64,000 nt of DNA from Candidatus Iainarchaeum sp. (GTDB lineage Archaea; Iainarchaeota; Iainarchaeia; Iainarchaeales; UBA10219). The notes below the pieces were generated by a model that was not told the DNA's origin, made no database searches, and saw nothing but the letters and a program-made list of their open reading frames with translations. The stretch spans positions 1-64,000 of the forward strand of contig JAGVWE010000003.1 in NCBI GenBank assembly GCA_018304425.1, in the 5' to 3' direction. Shown in pieces: positions 9,995-19,744 of the stretch (within the stretch, counting starts at the first letter, position 1; every line of letters starts with the position of its first letter). Both the position numbers and the translations under genes were made by a program.

Positions 9995-11380
9995 CTACAA
10001 CTTCAAGGCCTTTTTCCAGTGCTGGCAGACCTGCACGGTCTTCTTGGAGGCCAAGCCCGTGTACTTCGCGGGGTCCCGGATGACGGCCAGCTGCCCCGGA
10101 GTGAACGCTTTCAGGTAACGGGAAAGAGCCGGGTGGGCTTCCGCCAGGCCCAACAAAGGCTTCCCCTTTTTCTTGGCTTCCAGGGTCAACAAACGGACTT
10201 CCTCGTGGGCGTTGGCGTGGCCGTGCTGGGCGAGCAGGATGTAGAGCGGCTCGGCCACGATGGAGTCGGCGCTGGCCGCAAAGTTGCGCTCGATGTTCGC
10301 ATGGTCTACCACCAGGCGGGAAAGCGTCTTGTTGAGGCGCTCGGAGGCCAGGTAGAGACCCGCGAATATTTCGGGCAGGAACCGCGCCGAAGCCGAGTTG
10401 GTCAAATCGCGTTGGTGGTCGGACAAGGCATCCAGGTAGACCGTGACGATGCGGGGCATGAACTGCTTCCACAGGCTCTTCACGTTCTCGAAGTTGATGG
10501 GGTTGCGCTTGTGGGGCATGGTGCTGCTCCCCACTTGCTTCTCCCCGAAGGCCTCCGCGATTTCCGCGATTTCGCTGCGCTGGAGGTTGCGCAGGTCGTC
10601 CGCGAGGTTGGCCAACACGCAGAACGTGGAAATCACGGTGTTCAAGAGGTCGATAAGGGATTCCGGCTCCACGATTTGAGTGGAGTGCGTGCCGGTCTTG
10701 AGGCCGAGTTCCTTCAAGAGCGCCTGCTCGAAGGCCACCGGGTCCTTCAGGAAGAGGCTGCTCGCATTGTACGCTCCGACGGCGCCGCTGAACTTGCCGC
10801 AGAGGTTGTCCTTGGCGGCGTCGATGGCTTGGATGCGGTTGCCCAGCCGGCTGACGTACTCGCTCAAGGCAAAGCCAAAAGTTATCGGCTCGGCGTGCTG
10901 GCCATGTGTCCTCCCCACTTGCACGGTGTCCCTTTCTCGCAAGGCGAGCTTGATGAGCGTTTTTTCCAGGCCCTTCAGCACGGGCAAGAGCACCATGCGG
11001 CTTGCTTCCCGGAAGCGGAGCGCGGAAGCCGTGTCCACGATGTCATAGCTGGTTGCGCCGAAGTGCACGAAGGGCTTGGCTTCCTTTGAGACCTGGCGGC
11101 GGACGACGTTGACGAGGGCGCGGACGTCGTGCCGTATCCTGTCTTCTTCCTTGTAGACGTCTTCCGCGTTCACGCGGCGGCAGGCCTGTTCGACCTCGCG
11201 CGCGATTTCCTTGGAGCAGATTCCCTGTCGGGCCAGGACGCGGACCAGCGCGGCCTCGACCTGGGCCTGATAATGCACGCGCGCGTTCTCCGACAAATAG
11301 GGGGCCAGCAGCTTCGCGGCTTCCTTGTCGCGGCCCACATAACGGTAATCCAAGGGAGAGATGTTGTCAAACAGTTCCAA
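9995..11380 (-). CDS. purB: Adenylosuccinate lyase
   Basis: ISPLDYRY, HFGATSYD, GRTHGQHAEP and the GSSTMPHKRNP signature. Confidence 0.96.
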   Translation of the reverse strand: MELFDNISPLDYRYVGRDKEAAKLLAPYLSENARVHYQAQVEAALVRVLARQGICSKEIAREVEQACRRVNAEDVYKEEDRIRHDVRALVNVVRRQVSKEAKPFVHFGATSYDIVDTASALRFREASRMVLLPVLKGLEKTLIKLALRERDTVQVGRTHGQHAEPITFGFALSEYVSRLGNRIQAIDAAKDNLCGKFSGAVGAYNASSLFLKDPVAFEQALLKELGLKTGTHSTQIVEPESLIDLLNTVISTFCVLANLADDLRNLQRSEIAEIAEAFGEKQVGSSTMPHKRNPINFENVKSLWKQFMPRIVTVYLDALSDHQRDLTNSASARFLPEIFAGLYLASERLNKTLSRLVVDHANIERNFAASADSIVAEPLYILLAQHGHANAHEEVRLLTLEAKKKGKPLLGLAEAHPALSRYLKAFTPGQLAVIRDPAKYTGLASKKTVQVCQHWKKALKL

Positions 11381-11464
11381 ACCCGAAACCCCCTAACCTG
11401 TCGGAATTGAGGGCGAAGGGGGTTTTAAACCTATCCTGCACCAGCTTATGCAAAGGTCCCTGTG

Positions 11465-12385
11465 ATGGATGCCACGGAATGGTTGTTGATTTGGCTGGCG
11501 GCCGGGGTCTTCCTCCAAGCCGCGTGGCTGCTGAAGCAATCCCGCACCAGCCGGGGAATCCAAGCTAAGGTCATCCTACTGATAAGCCTCTTCACGGCGG
11601 GCTACTGGGCTGCGGTGCGCCTGAGCATTGGTGTCCCCTTCTTGGATGCCCTCCCCTATTATGTCCTCATGTGGTGCTTTCTTTTCGCGGTTCTCTTCCG
11701 CGACGAAGTCCTTCCGCAGATCACCGAAGAAACCGTGCTGATATTCAATGTGTTGTTCGCCTACCTGGCGTTCAAGCACTTTTCCCCCCTGTTACTCGCA
11801 AACCCGGTGCTGCTGGCCGGCTTCTTGCTTCCCACCCTGGCCGCGGTCGGCAACGCCTTCGTCAACAAGCCGCTCGGATTCAAGGCCAGGCTATTCTTTT
11901 ACGCCTGGTTCCTGGCCATCACGATTTTCCTCATCGGATTCCAGTCCCTGGTGAACCCCACGCTTTGGCTGGCGCTCGGCAATCTGACCCTGGTCGAAAA
12001 CGGTTTTCCCCTGCCGCTCGAGTTCCAGGGATGCATTGGCGGACAAGGCCCGCTCATCTGCGACCGTTTTTTCGGCCCCGAAATCCTGTTGCTGGGCGCC
12101 ACCCTGCTTTACCTCATGATTTACGCGACCACCCTGTTCCTGCTCGTGCCCTGGCCCCAGAAGCACCTGCCCTACCGCGATACCCTCCGGCACTGGAGGA
12201 AACACCTGGAACGGATGGCCGGCAAGTTCTCCATCGAACAAATGGAGCCCGCCAAGGCAGGACTCCTTTTGGCCGGCTTATTGGGGGTGTTACTGGCCAA
12301 CAATGTCCTCCAGGCCGTTGATGACGCCACCGCTATCAGCACGCTCCTCCTGGCCACACAATGGCTCGGCCGCAGCCCGCGTTAA
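11465..12385 (+). CDS. Multi-pass membrane protein of unknown function
   Basis: About 8-9 hydrophobic segments; TTTTAAA upstream near 11423. Confidence 0.7.
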   Translation: MDATEWLLIWLAAGVFLQAAWLLKQSRTSRGIQAKVILLISLFTAGYWAAVRLSIGVPFLDALPYYVLMWCFLFAVLFRDEVLPQITEETVLIFNVLFAYLAFKHFSPLLLANPVLLAGFLLPTLAAVGNAFVNKPLGFKARLFFYAWFLAITIFLIGFQSLVNPTLWLALGNLTLVENGFPLPLEFQGCIGGQGPLICDRFFGPEILLLGATLLYLMIYATTLFLLVPWPQKHLPYRDTLRHWRKHLERMAGKFSIEQMEPAKAGLLLAGLLGVLLANNVLQAVDDATAISTLLLATQWLGRSPR

Positions 12386-12429
12386 CGCCGGCAGAGAAGG
12401 TTTAAGTAGTTGGACTACGCAAATTAATC

Positions 12430-12684
12430 ATGCTCCCGCGAAATCGCACGCCCTTCAACGAATTCAGGCGCAGAGTCGCGGACGGCCAAAAACCCCATAT
12501 CGCGTTACATGAAGTCCTTTCGAACCTCTCCGCTATTGACCGGGCAAGCCTTGTAATACAGGTAGTGGAGAAATGGCCACGAGGACTGCAGGTAACAACC
12601 AGGCAGCAAACGCATGCACGAAACCTACAAAGTAATTACAGGCCAAAGGACCACGCCCCACGACGCAGGCCTAGGCCTTTATGA
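12430..12684 (+). CDS. Small Arg-rich orphan protein
   Basis: TTTAAG at 12401. Runs MLPRNRTPFNEFRRR ... HAPRRRPRPL. Confidence 0.45.
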   Translation: MLPRNRTPFNEFRRRVADGQKPHIALHEVLSNLSAIDRASLVIQVVEKWPRGLQVTTRQQTHARNLQSNYRPKDHAPRRRPRPL

Positions 12685-12779
12685 ATAATCTGCTGGAAAT
12701 AGTCTAGACCGTCTCAGCATCCTGGAATCCAAGGGCGAAAAACAGGGTTTTAAACGTATCTCGGCAAGGAAGATAGTGC

Positions 12780-13067
12780 ATGCCTGGAAGGAGACCCAGA
12801 CCCGGAAGGCGAAGGCCCCTCGAACGGGAAGCCCAGACCCGGCAGCAAGAGAACTTGCTGGCAAAAAACTTTTTGCAGCGGTTGCGGGAAACGCCGGACC
12901 CAGTGGAGCAGGTTAGAATGCTTGCCGAAAGCCTGCGTCAATTGAATGACGCCCACCCTGACCGGACCACGGAATTCCTGGCCGCGTGCAGGGCTACGGG
13001 GGGCGAGCAGTTCATGCGAGTGTACATGGCGCACCTCGGAAACCTGAAAAGACGCCAAGCGCCTTGA
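12780..13067 (+). CDS. Small orphan with Arg/Pro-rich N-terminus
   Basis: TTTTAAA at 12748-12754. MPGRRPRPGRRRPLERE is followed by amphipathic helices. Confidence 0.6.
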   Translation: MPGRRPRPGRRRPLEREAQTRQQENLLAKNFLQRLRETPDPVEQVRMLAESLRQLNDAHPDRTTEFLAACRATGGEQFMRVYMAHLGNLKRRQAP

Positions 13068-13082
13068 CTGTTTACGCCCGGC

Positions 13083-13856
13083 CTACTTGAAGTAGTTCCC
13101 GATTATCTGCATGATTTTGGGGTGGAGTTTGCCGTTGGAGGCCACGAAGTTCTTGGACTGCGGGCTCCAAGGGTGGCCCTGGAAGTCCGTGACCTTCCCG
13201 CCGGCCTCTTCGACAATCAAGGCGCCGGCCGCGATGTCCCAGGGAAGGGTCGAGTGGCCGACGAAAAAATCGGCCTTGCCACGCGCCACCATGGCGAACT
13301 CGATGGAAGCCGAGCCCAGGATGCGGGTGCCGAACACCGAGTTCATGAGCATCGTGAAATAGTCGAGCATCTCGTGCCGCTTCCGATAGAACGCCGAATC
13401 GTATAACATCATGGCCTTGGAGAGGTCATCGGTGTCCGACACGCGGATGGGCCGGTCGTTGAGGAACGCGCCCTTGCCCTTTTCCGCCCAAAGGGTCTGG
13501 TCAAAGTACGGGAGGTGGATGACTCCCAGGGTAATCGCCTCGCCTTCCTGCAATGCGATGGCGACCCCGAACATGGGGATGCTGAAAAAATAGTTGTGCG
13601 TGCCATCCAGGGGGTCCACGATCCAGGTGCAGTCCGAGCCCTTTTCCTCGAGCCCGCATTCCTCGGAAAGCGTGTTGTAGTCCGGGAACTCCTTTTTGAG
13701 CAGGCCCAGGATGCCTTCCTCGCAGAGCTTGTCCATGACCAGCTGGAGGCTGCCCCCCTCCTTGGTGGCCGCGGTCTCCTTCTGCTGCTTCCAGGCCCCC
13801 ATGAGTTTCTTGCCGGCTTCCTGCGCGGCCCGCATGGCGGCATCGCGTTCTTTCAT
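13083..13856 (-). CDS. suhB: Inositol monophosphatase family (SuhB/IMPase-FBPase)
   Basis: SEE, WIVDPLDGTHNY, RILGSA and WDIAAG motifs. Confidence 0.88.
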   Translation of the reverse strand: MKERDAAMRAAQEAGKKLMGAWKQQKETAATKEGGSLQLVMDKLCEEGILGLLKKEFPDYNTLSEECGLEEKGSDCTWIVDPLDGTHNYFFSIPMFGVAIALQEGEAITLGVIHLPYFDQTLWAEKGKGAFLNDRPIRVSDTDDLSKAMMLYDSAFYRKRHEMLDYFTMLMNSVFGTRILGSASIEFAMVARGKADFFVGHSTLPWDIAAGALIVEEAGGKVTDFQGHPWSPQSKNFVASNGKLHPKIMQIIGNYFK

Positions 13857-14857
13857 CGCGCCCTCACCTTGAGCTGGTCCAGGAAGGCCAGGTAGTCGTC
13901 GACCACGGCTTGAATGGCGGGCGCACCCCAGGTTTTCCGGCCGGTCCAAGCCTCGCACACGGACTTGTAGAGGTTGCCCGTGATTTCCAGCAGTTCCCGG
14001 GGCAGGTGCTCCGGGACAGGGTATTGTTCCTTGGGCTGGCCCCGGGCCTTGGCCGCTTCGAGGGCCGCATACCAGGGAGTCGTCTTGTAGTAATCGCGCA
14101 CGACCTGCTTGCTGACGTGAACGCCCTTGTACAGCATCCGGTCCTCGTCGAGCGTGCCCGCCACGTCCACCAACACCAGTTTCTTGTCCGGGGTGTAACC
14201 GAACTCGACCTTGCCGTCCGCGTGCTCCAAGCCGATTTCCTCGGCCTTCCCTGAGATGAAGTCGTTGATGCGCAGGGCCTTGTCTTTCAATTCCTCGATT
14301 TCCTTCCTTGAAAGGCAGGATAGTTCCAGGGCTTCCTCCCAGGAAAGGTAGCGGTCGGTGGGCTCCAGCTTCGTGCTCACGTCCATGATGGGCTTGGGCA
14401 GTCGCGCGCCGGGCCGGGGCATCTCCTTCAAGCCGAGCTGTGAGAGCGGCAACTGGCCGGACTGCAGCCGCTTGAACACGGAACTTCCCGCCGGCAGGGA
14501 ATTCCTGAAAATGACTTCCAAGGGCACCAGGTAGTTGCCCATCCCCTTCCGCAACTCGCCCTTCTGGGGGAACAGGATGCGCACGAGGTTGACCTCCATC
14601 TCGGTGGACGAGACCAGCCTCCGGTAATGGGAGGGGATGCCGAGCTTTTCGAGTTGCTCGAAGTTGTAGGCGGCCTGGCGGCAGAGGCTCTCGCCTTTCC
14701 CGGGAATGGGGTCCGGCATCTTCCCGTAATCGAAAATCGAGTAGTCGTCCGTGAACTGGAAGACGCCGACGCCCATCGCCTGCTCGGTGGCCTTTTTCTG
14801 GATGGTGAGGATTTTCACGCTGCCCGACTGCGTCAATCCCTTGCCGGTCAAAGCCAT
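13853..14857 (-). CDS. purC: SAICAR synthetase (long archaeal type)
   Basis: GSVK, FTDDYSIFDYG, PLEVIFRN, STKLEPTD, DGKVEFG, DEDR and SKQVVRDYY motifs. Confidence 0.93.
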   Translation of the reverse strand: MALTGKGLTQSGSVKILTIQKKATEQAMGVGVFQFTDDYSIFDYGKMPDPIPGKGESLCRQAAYNFEQLEKLGIPSHYRRLVSSTEMEVNLVRILFPQKGELRKGMGNYLVPLEVIFRNSLPAGSSVFKRLQSGQLPLSQLGLKEMPRPGARLPKPIMDVSTKLEPTDRYLSWEEALELSCLSRKEIEELKDKALRINDFISGKAEEIGLEHADGKVEFGYTPDKKLVLVDVAGTLDEDRMLYKGVHVSKQVVRDYYKTTPWYAALEAAKARGQPKEQYPVPEHLPRELLEITGNLYKSVCEAWTGRKTWGAPAIQAVVDDYLAFLDQLKVRAR

Positions 14858-15471
14858 TCGATGCCCTCCAGTTTGTGCATGATGTGGTGCCGCTCGAGGC
14901 GCTTGAGCAGCTCCCCCGAAGGCAAAACTTCCCCCATCCTATCAGCAGAGAAACGCTTTAAAAAAGAGGCGTGCAGGGCCTTCGCGTCCGAGGCACAGGC
15001 GTCTTTGACAATCACGACGTTGTAATTGTGCTCGAGCGCGGAGAGCGCGGTGGCGTACACGCAGTAGTCCGTGACCAGGCCGGCGAGCACCAGGGTCTCG
15101 ATGTCATGGTGCCGCAGCTTGTGGTCCAGGTTCGTCTTGTGGAAGGCGTTGAAGCCCGGCTTCTCGAGGTAGGAATCGAATTCGTTGCGGATTTCCCGGG
15201 GCTCCCTGGCGCCCTCGCTGCCCCGCAGGCAATAGCGCGTGTCCCTGGCTCCCGGATAGCGGAGTTGCCCGTGGTGGTAGAGGGTGTGCAGGACCGGCAG
15301 GTGCCTGGCCCGGAAGGCCTCCATGAGTTCCCGGAGGGGCTTGAGGATGGCCTTGCAGGCTGGGGAGAGGTCCAGGAAGTCCTGTTGCACGTCGATGGCC
15401 AGCAAGGCGGAACGGGCTAGGGGGAGTTCAAAGCTGGAATCAATCCGTTCCTTGCCCTTCTTCACCGGCAT
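14848..15471 (-). CDS. Isochorismatase/nicotinamidase-like cysteine hydrolase
   Basis: ALLAIDVQQDF, K...NAF and GLVTDYCVYATA (Asp-Lys-Cys triad). Confidence 0.85.
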   Translation of the reverse strand: MPVKKGKERIDSSFELPLARSALLAIDVQQDFLDLSPACKAILKPLRELMEAFRARHLPVLHTLYHHGQLRYPGARDTRYCLRGSEGAREPREIRNEFDSYLEKPGFNAFHKTNLDHKLRHHDIETLVLAGLVTDYCVYATALSALEHNYNVVIVKDACASDAKALHASFLKRFSADRMGEVLPSGELLKRLERHHIMHKLEGIEWL

Positions 15472-15475
15472 TCCT

Positions 15476-16324
15476 TCACTTGCGTTTTCTCGCGCGCGAG
15501 CGCGACTGCAGCTCCTTGTCGGCCTTCAAGACCTTTTTCTCGAGTTCCTTGCGGTAGGCCAGGAGCTTCTTGGCGTACTTGTTGCCGTTGGAAACGTTCA
15601 GGACTTCAATGGCGGCCAGCGCGGCGTTGGCGCCGCCGCAGATGGCGACCCACAACCCCGTGCGGGCCTTGTCCAGGATGAGGATGGCCTGCTCGGGGAG
15701 GTTGGGTTTCGCGATGGGCACGTGAATGACTAACGCATTCGAGTCCTCGATGGCATCGAGCTCCATCAAGTCAATCAAGTCGATGTAGACCTTGGACTCG
15801 TCCAGGGCCTGCCAGTCCACCCGGTCCAAGGAGATTTCCTCGAAGGGGACCTCGAAGCGCTTGAGGAGTTCCTGGGCCTCGCCCAGGCGATTGATCAACT
15901 CCACGTTGTTGCTGGACTTGATGAACACGACGCCGGACTTTTTCCCGGACAAAATCTTCTTGGCTTCCCGCACCGCTTCCTTTCCCTGGTTCACGCCCAC
16001 GCCCAGGACCGGCATGCCGGGCGGCATCTGGTGCACGCTCAGCAAGGCGTCCAAGCCAAAGTAGCTGGCGTGAACCGGTATGCCGATGACGGGCCTGACC
16101 GGCTGGTGGCTCTTGACCACGCCTGGCAGCGCGGCCGAAACCCCCGCGCCGGCGATGAAGACCTTGGCCCGGGTTTTCCGGAGGGCCTTCTCCAGTTGCT
16201 TGGGCGTGCGGTGCGCGGAGAGCACGCGGACCTCGGCCTTCAAGCCCTGGGCCTTGCACTCGTCGGCAACCGTCTCATAGACGCTGGAATCGCTGGCCGA
16301 ACCGAACACCACGAAAACGCTCAT
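15476..16324 (-). CDS. purE: PurE (AIR carboxylase family) with extra C-terminal PurE-like domain
   Basis: GSASD, SAHRTP, PVIGIP and GLDALLSVHQMPPG motifs. The second half ends in VAICGGANAALAA. Confidence 0.88.
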   Translation of the reverse strand: MSVFVVFGSASDSSVYETVADECKAQGLKAEVRVLSAHRTPKQLEKALRKTRAKVFIAGAGVSAALPGVVKSHQPVRPVIGIPVHASYFGLDALLSVHQMPPGMPVLGVGVNQGKEAVREAKKILSGKKSGVVFIKSSNNVELINRLGEAQELLKRFEVPFEEISLDRVDWQALDESKVYIDLIDLMELDAIEDSNALVIHVPIAKPNLPEQAILILDKARTGLWVAICGGANAALAAIEVLNVSNGNKYAKKLLAYRKELEKKVLKADKELQSRSRARKRK

Positions 16325-16437
16325 AAAACCGCCTTAAAACCCCTTAAACCAAATAGTATGCACTTATTACTGCAAACTCTTTAAACGGCTTTTCGGCAAG
16401 GTTTAAAAACCGTCCCGGATACATCTGATGGGAACAA

Positions 16438-17706
16438 ATGCCTGGAACCGTGGTCATTGGGGCGCAGTTTGGCGACGAAGGCAAGGGAAAGATAACGGAT
16501 TTCCTGGCCGAAAAAGCGGATTATGTCGTCCGGTTCGGCGGTGGCAACAACGCCGGGCACACGGTGGTAGTTGAGGGCAAGCAGTTCAAGTTGCACCTCC
16601 TGCCCAGCGGCGTGGTGCACGGCAAGCGCTGCCTGATTGGCGCGGGCGTGGTCGTGGACCCCCGCACCCTGATGGAGGAACTCGCCGCCCTTGAACGCGA
16701 GGGCATCCAAGCCGACCTGGGCATTGACCCCCGTGCGCACATCATTCTCCCCTACCACAACCTGTTGGACGCGGCCGGCGAGGAAGGCAACCACCACGAA
16801 AAAATCGGCACCACCAAGAAAGGCATCGGCCCGTGCTACGCGGACAAGGCCTTGAGGCAGGGCATCCGCTTCGAGGACCTGATTGAACCAAACCGGTTGA
16901 AGGAAAAACTGGCCCGAAACTATCCTATCAAGAAAAAAGTCCTCGAACAAATTTATGGCATCCGGGTTCCCTTCACCGAGGAAAGCCTGTTCAAGGAATA
17001 CGCCGCAGTGGGCGAAAAACTCCGTGCCTACAACGTGGACGTCTCCCTGGAGACCTGCACCGCACTCGACCAGGGGAAAAAAGTATTGTTCGAGGGCGCG
17101 CAGGGGACTTTCTTGGACAACGATTTCGGCACCTACCCGTTTGTCACGAGCTCGCACCCCATCAGCAGCGGGGCCGCGGTAGGCGTGGGAATCCCCACTG
17201 GAAAAATCGGGAAAGTCGTTGGCATCGTGAAAGCCTATACCACGCGCGTCGGCGAGGGGCCTTTCCCCACCGAGTTGAGGGACGCATTTGGAGAGGCGCT
17301 GCGCAAGAAGGGCAACGAGTTTGGGACAACGACTGGAAGGCCGCGACGCGTGGGCTGGCTGGACCTCCCCATGCTACGCACTGCCCAGCGCCTCAACGGC
17401 TTCACGGAACTCGCCGTCATGAAACTGGACGTGCTCGCGGGCCTCGACGAGTTGAAGGTGTGCACGCATTACCTCGTCAACGGCAAGGAAATATGCTTCT
17501 TCCCCTATTCCACGAAGGGCGTGGAACTGGCGCAGCCCCAGTACAAGGCCTTCAAGGGCTTCAAGGACCTCAACCCCAAGGCCAAAAAGCTTGCCCAGCT
17601 CCCCAAAGAAGCCCGAACCTACCTGAAGTTCGTCGAAAAAGAGGTCGGCGCCCGCATCTCCATCGTCTCCATCGGGCCCGGAAGAGAAGAGACGGTGCAG
17701 GCGTAG
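16438..17706 (+). CDS. purA: Adenylosuccinate synthetase
   Basis: GAQFGDEGKGK, GGNNAGHT, IGTTKKGIGP, EGAQG, GTYPFVTSS and TTGRPRRVGW motifs. Confidence 0.97.
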   Translation: MPGTVVIGAQFGDEGKGKITDFLAEKADYVVRFGGGNNAGHTVVVEGKQFKLHLLPSGVVHGKRCLIGAGVVVDPRTLMEELAALEREGIQADLGIDPRAHIILPYHNLLDAAGEEGNHHEKIGTTKKGIGPCYADKALRQGIRFEDLIEPNRLKEKLARNYPIKKKVLEQIYGIRVPFTEESLFKEYAAVGEKLRAYNVDVSLETCTALDQGKKVLFEGAQGTFLDNDFGTYPFVTSSHPISSGAAVGVGIPTGKIGKVVGIVKAYTTRVGEGPFPTELRDAFGEALRKKGNEFGTTTGRPRRVGWLDLPMLRTAQRLNGFTELAVMKLDVLAGLDELKVCTHYLVNGKEICFFPYSTKGVELAQPQYKAFKGFKDLNPKAKKLAQLPKEARTYLKFVEKEVGARISIVSIGPGREETVQA

Positions 17707-17723
17707 TCTGCGGAGCCAATAGT

Positions 17724-18383
17724 ATGACGAACGATTATTTTGCAGATGCAAAAAAGAGGTTAGAACAGCAAATCCCACCACACGACACCACCCAATTTAC
17801 TGAAATGCGAAATAAGATTAGGGCGGCGTTAGAAAAACAGGAAAACGAGTATCTCCTCACAGTGCGTAGTTTAAAGACGCTTGTTCTTGGTGATTGGAAT
17901 ACAGATGAAAAAAAGCAGTTACTGTATAGGCTACGGAACCTTCTGCTTAAGAATGGCCTCTATGCTGAAACTATTGCTGGATACTATGAAATGAATAAAA
18001 AAGGAGGGCTAACGCAAGAACAAATTTTTGGGACCTGCTGTGCAAGGCACCAACTCATAGTTTTTATTGACGGCACGGGCACAGGCACCGTAACGGAACA
18101 AAACTATCTCAATACATACTACATTTTTCAAGGCAAGGTCATCTTTTTCATCAAAGAGGAGAAATTCGATAAATTAAAAGATAACCCAAGCGAATATATA
18201 AAGAACTTCCCAACAATCATTACATACAAAAACGGCGATTTACCCGAAAAAATTTTAATATACAGTCGCCTAAGGATATATCGGTTGGCTGAGATAATCC
18301 AACGCCAAGCAGCCATTGGAAAAGGGCTTAAGAATCCAAAATACGAAACTTGGGAAAAAAGAGTGAAAAACTTAAAACAATAG
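17724..18383 (+). CDS. AT-rich hypothetical protein, possible nucleoside deoxyribosyltransferase (NDT)-like fold
   Basis: Abrupt drop in GC after purA. LVLGD...LIVFIDGTGTGTVTE...KVIFF resembles the NDT D-x-GT-xx-E pattern. Confidence 0.55.
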   Translation: MTNDYFADAKKRLEQQIPPHDTTQFTEMRNKIRAALEKQENEYLLTVRSLKTLVLGDWNTDEKKQLLYRLRNLLLKNGLYAETIAGYYEMNKKGGLTQEQIFGTCCARHQLIVFIDGTGTGTVTEQNYLNTYYIFQGKVIFFIKEEKFDKLKDNPSEYIKNFPTIITYKNGDLPEKILIYSRLRIYRLAEIIQRQAAIGKGLKNPKYETWEKRVKNLKQ

Positions 18384-18417
18384 ATTAATATATGAAAAGA
18401 AGCACTAATGTGATACG

Positions 18418-18687
18418 ATGAGCACAGAACTAGAGAAAATGTATGAACAGACTGAAAGCCTAAAAAATGTGCTACTGGAAAATAACAACATAGACATCTT
18501 ACTTTATTTGTCAAAATATAATCCCGATGCAACTCGCGATGCGATTGCAAGAAGATTTGGAAAAGAAGCATTAGAAGGCCTGGAAGATTTGAAGCAGTTG
18601 CACTTAATTCGTGAGAAAGAGCAACAACTAACGCTAACAAATGAGGGCATATTCCAGGTAGAGGGATTACTCACATTAGCCCTCTAA
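18418..18687 (+). CDS. Small winged-helix protein
   Basis: IDILLYLSK...TRDAIA...LEDLKQLHLI...LTLTNEG wHTH pattern; AT-rich. Confidence 0.6.
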   Translation: MSTELEKMYEQTESLKNVLLENNNIDILLYLSKYNPDATRDAIARRFGKEALEGLEDLKQLHLIREKEQQLTLTNEGIFQVEGLLTLAL

Positions 18688-18723
18688 TATTTTAATATCT
18701 GCGCTCCAAAAGTAGTTCGATAA

Positions 18724-19077
18724 CTAACCAAAGAGGGATCCAAAAAATGAGTTGTCCTTCTTCTGTTTTTTCTTTTTCCTGGGCTTAGAAGAAGTAACAG
18801 AGCGTTTTCCCTCTTTCCCAAGCTTCTTCATGAAAGTTGCCCAGCTGTCAGTCCCCTGCAACTTATTGCATCGAGCACAAACGCACGCACTATTCCGCAA
18901 AGTAGCACTACCACCTTTTGAAGCGGCATTTTTGTGCCCGGAATGCATCTCAGATAAATCTAATTTCTTCCCGCATGCCTCGCACTTTTTCCCCGCACGC
19001 AAATAGAGAATCTGTTTATCGCGGGCCCCTAGCGTTCTTTTCTTTGGTTTGTCATCCCCGCCGAAGAACCAACCCAT
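18724..19077 (-). CDS. HNH endonuclease
   Basis: CEACG...H...SKGG....N....CARCN Zn-binding HNH pattern. Confidence 0.85.
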   Translation of the reverse strand: MGWFFGGDDKPKKRTLGARDKQILYLRAGKKCEACGKKLDLSEMHSGHKNAASKGGSATLRNSACVCARCNKLQGTDSWATFMKKLGKEGKRSVTSSKPRKKKKQKKDNSFFGSLFG

Positions 19078-19137
19078 ACAATCGATTAATTACATAAGAT
19101 AAGTGTTTAAAAAGAAATGAGCTTTGTTTGAGCCCTG

Positions 19138-19500
19138 TTAAGCCGTCGCCACGGCGGGGCTCTCGTAGTCGAAGGCCGCCAGCGTGAGCTTGTCCTGGAT
19201 TGCCTGCTTGTTCGGCAATTCGATGAAGAAGGCGAGCACGGTCAAGCCTTTCTTGGTTTTGCTTGTCAGGTAAGCGGATTTTATCTTGGCGAGTTCCGGC
19301 TTGGAGATGGTCTTTCCAGTATAGTCTTTCAGGAATTGAGTCGCCCCCATTATTTCGAGACCAGTAACGCCGACTTTCGGGCGGAAGTCGATGTGAAGGT
19401 TTTCGCCGTATTCCACGCCCCCAGTGGACTTGAATTTGGTGTTGTAAATAAACAGGATGTCGAACTCCTCGTCGTAATCCACTGCAAACGTTTTAGACAT
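19138..19500 (-). CDS. DUF2283 family putative antitoxin
   Basis: DYDEEFDILFI...IDF...VTGLEIMGAT. Confidence 0.8.
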   Translation of the reverse strand: MSKTFAVDYDEEFDILFIYNTKFKSTGGVEYGENLHIDFRPKVGVTGLEIMGATQFLKDYTGKTISKPELAKIKSAYLTSKTKKGLTVLAFFIELPNKQAIQDKLTLAAFDYESPAVATA

Positions 19501-19744
19501 GCTTGCTTACCATGCGCTGCCATGCTATTCTAATCTTCTCAACGGCTATCAATTTTAGTGTTTTCTCATATTCATTCTTTTCCAAAACATATTTATGGCA
19601 TACGTTTCGGCTGACCTCATAATAAAGACAAAACTTGTCCCTGCCTTGTTGCACGACCAATGGTTCAAGGGATGCGCTGGTCAAATGCCCTATAACCTCT
19701 TCCGAAGTCATTTGCCTCGCATCCAGCTTAAGCCTGGCATGCAA
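19493..19744 (-). CDS. DUF4258/BrnT-RelE-like putative toxin
   Basis: HARLKLDARQMTSEEV at the N-terminus; overlaps the DUF2283 gene. TTG start with TATA about 26 nt upstream. Confidence 0.55.
   Translation of the reverse strand: MHARLKLDARQMTSEEVIGHLTSASLEPLVVQQGRDKFCLYYEVSRNVCHKYVLEKNEYEKTLKLIAVEKIRIAWQRMVSKHV

Noticed and set aside
9960-10020. Possible TPP riboswitch upstream of thiC
   Set aside because: thiC starts 9 nt after purB with a GGAG ribosome-binding site. There is no room and no TPP consensus.
12780-12830. Twin-arginine (Tat) signal interpretation of the RR-rich leaders
   Set aside because: No S/T-R-R-x-F-L consensus and no following hydrophobic h-region.
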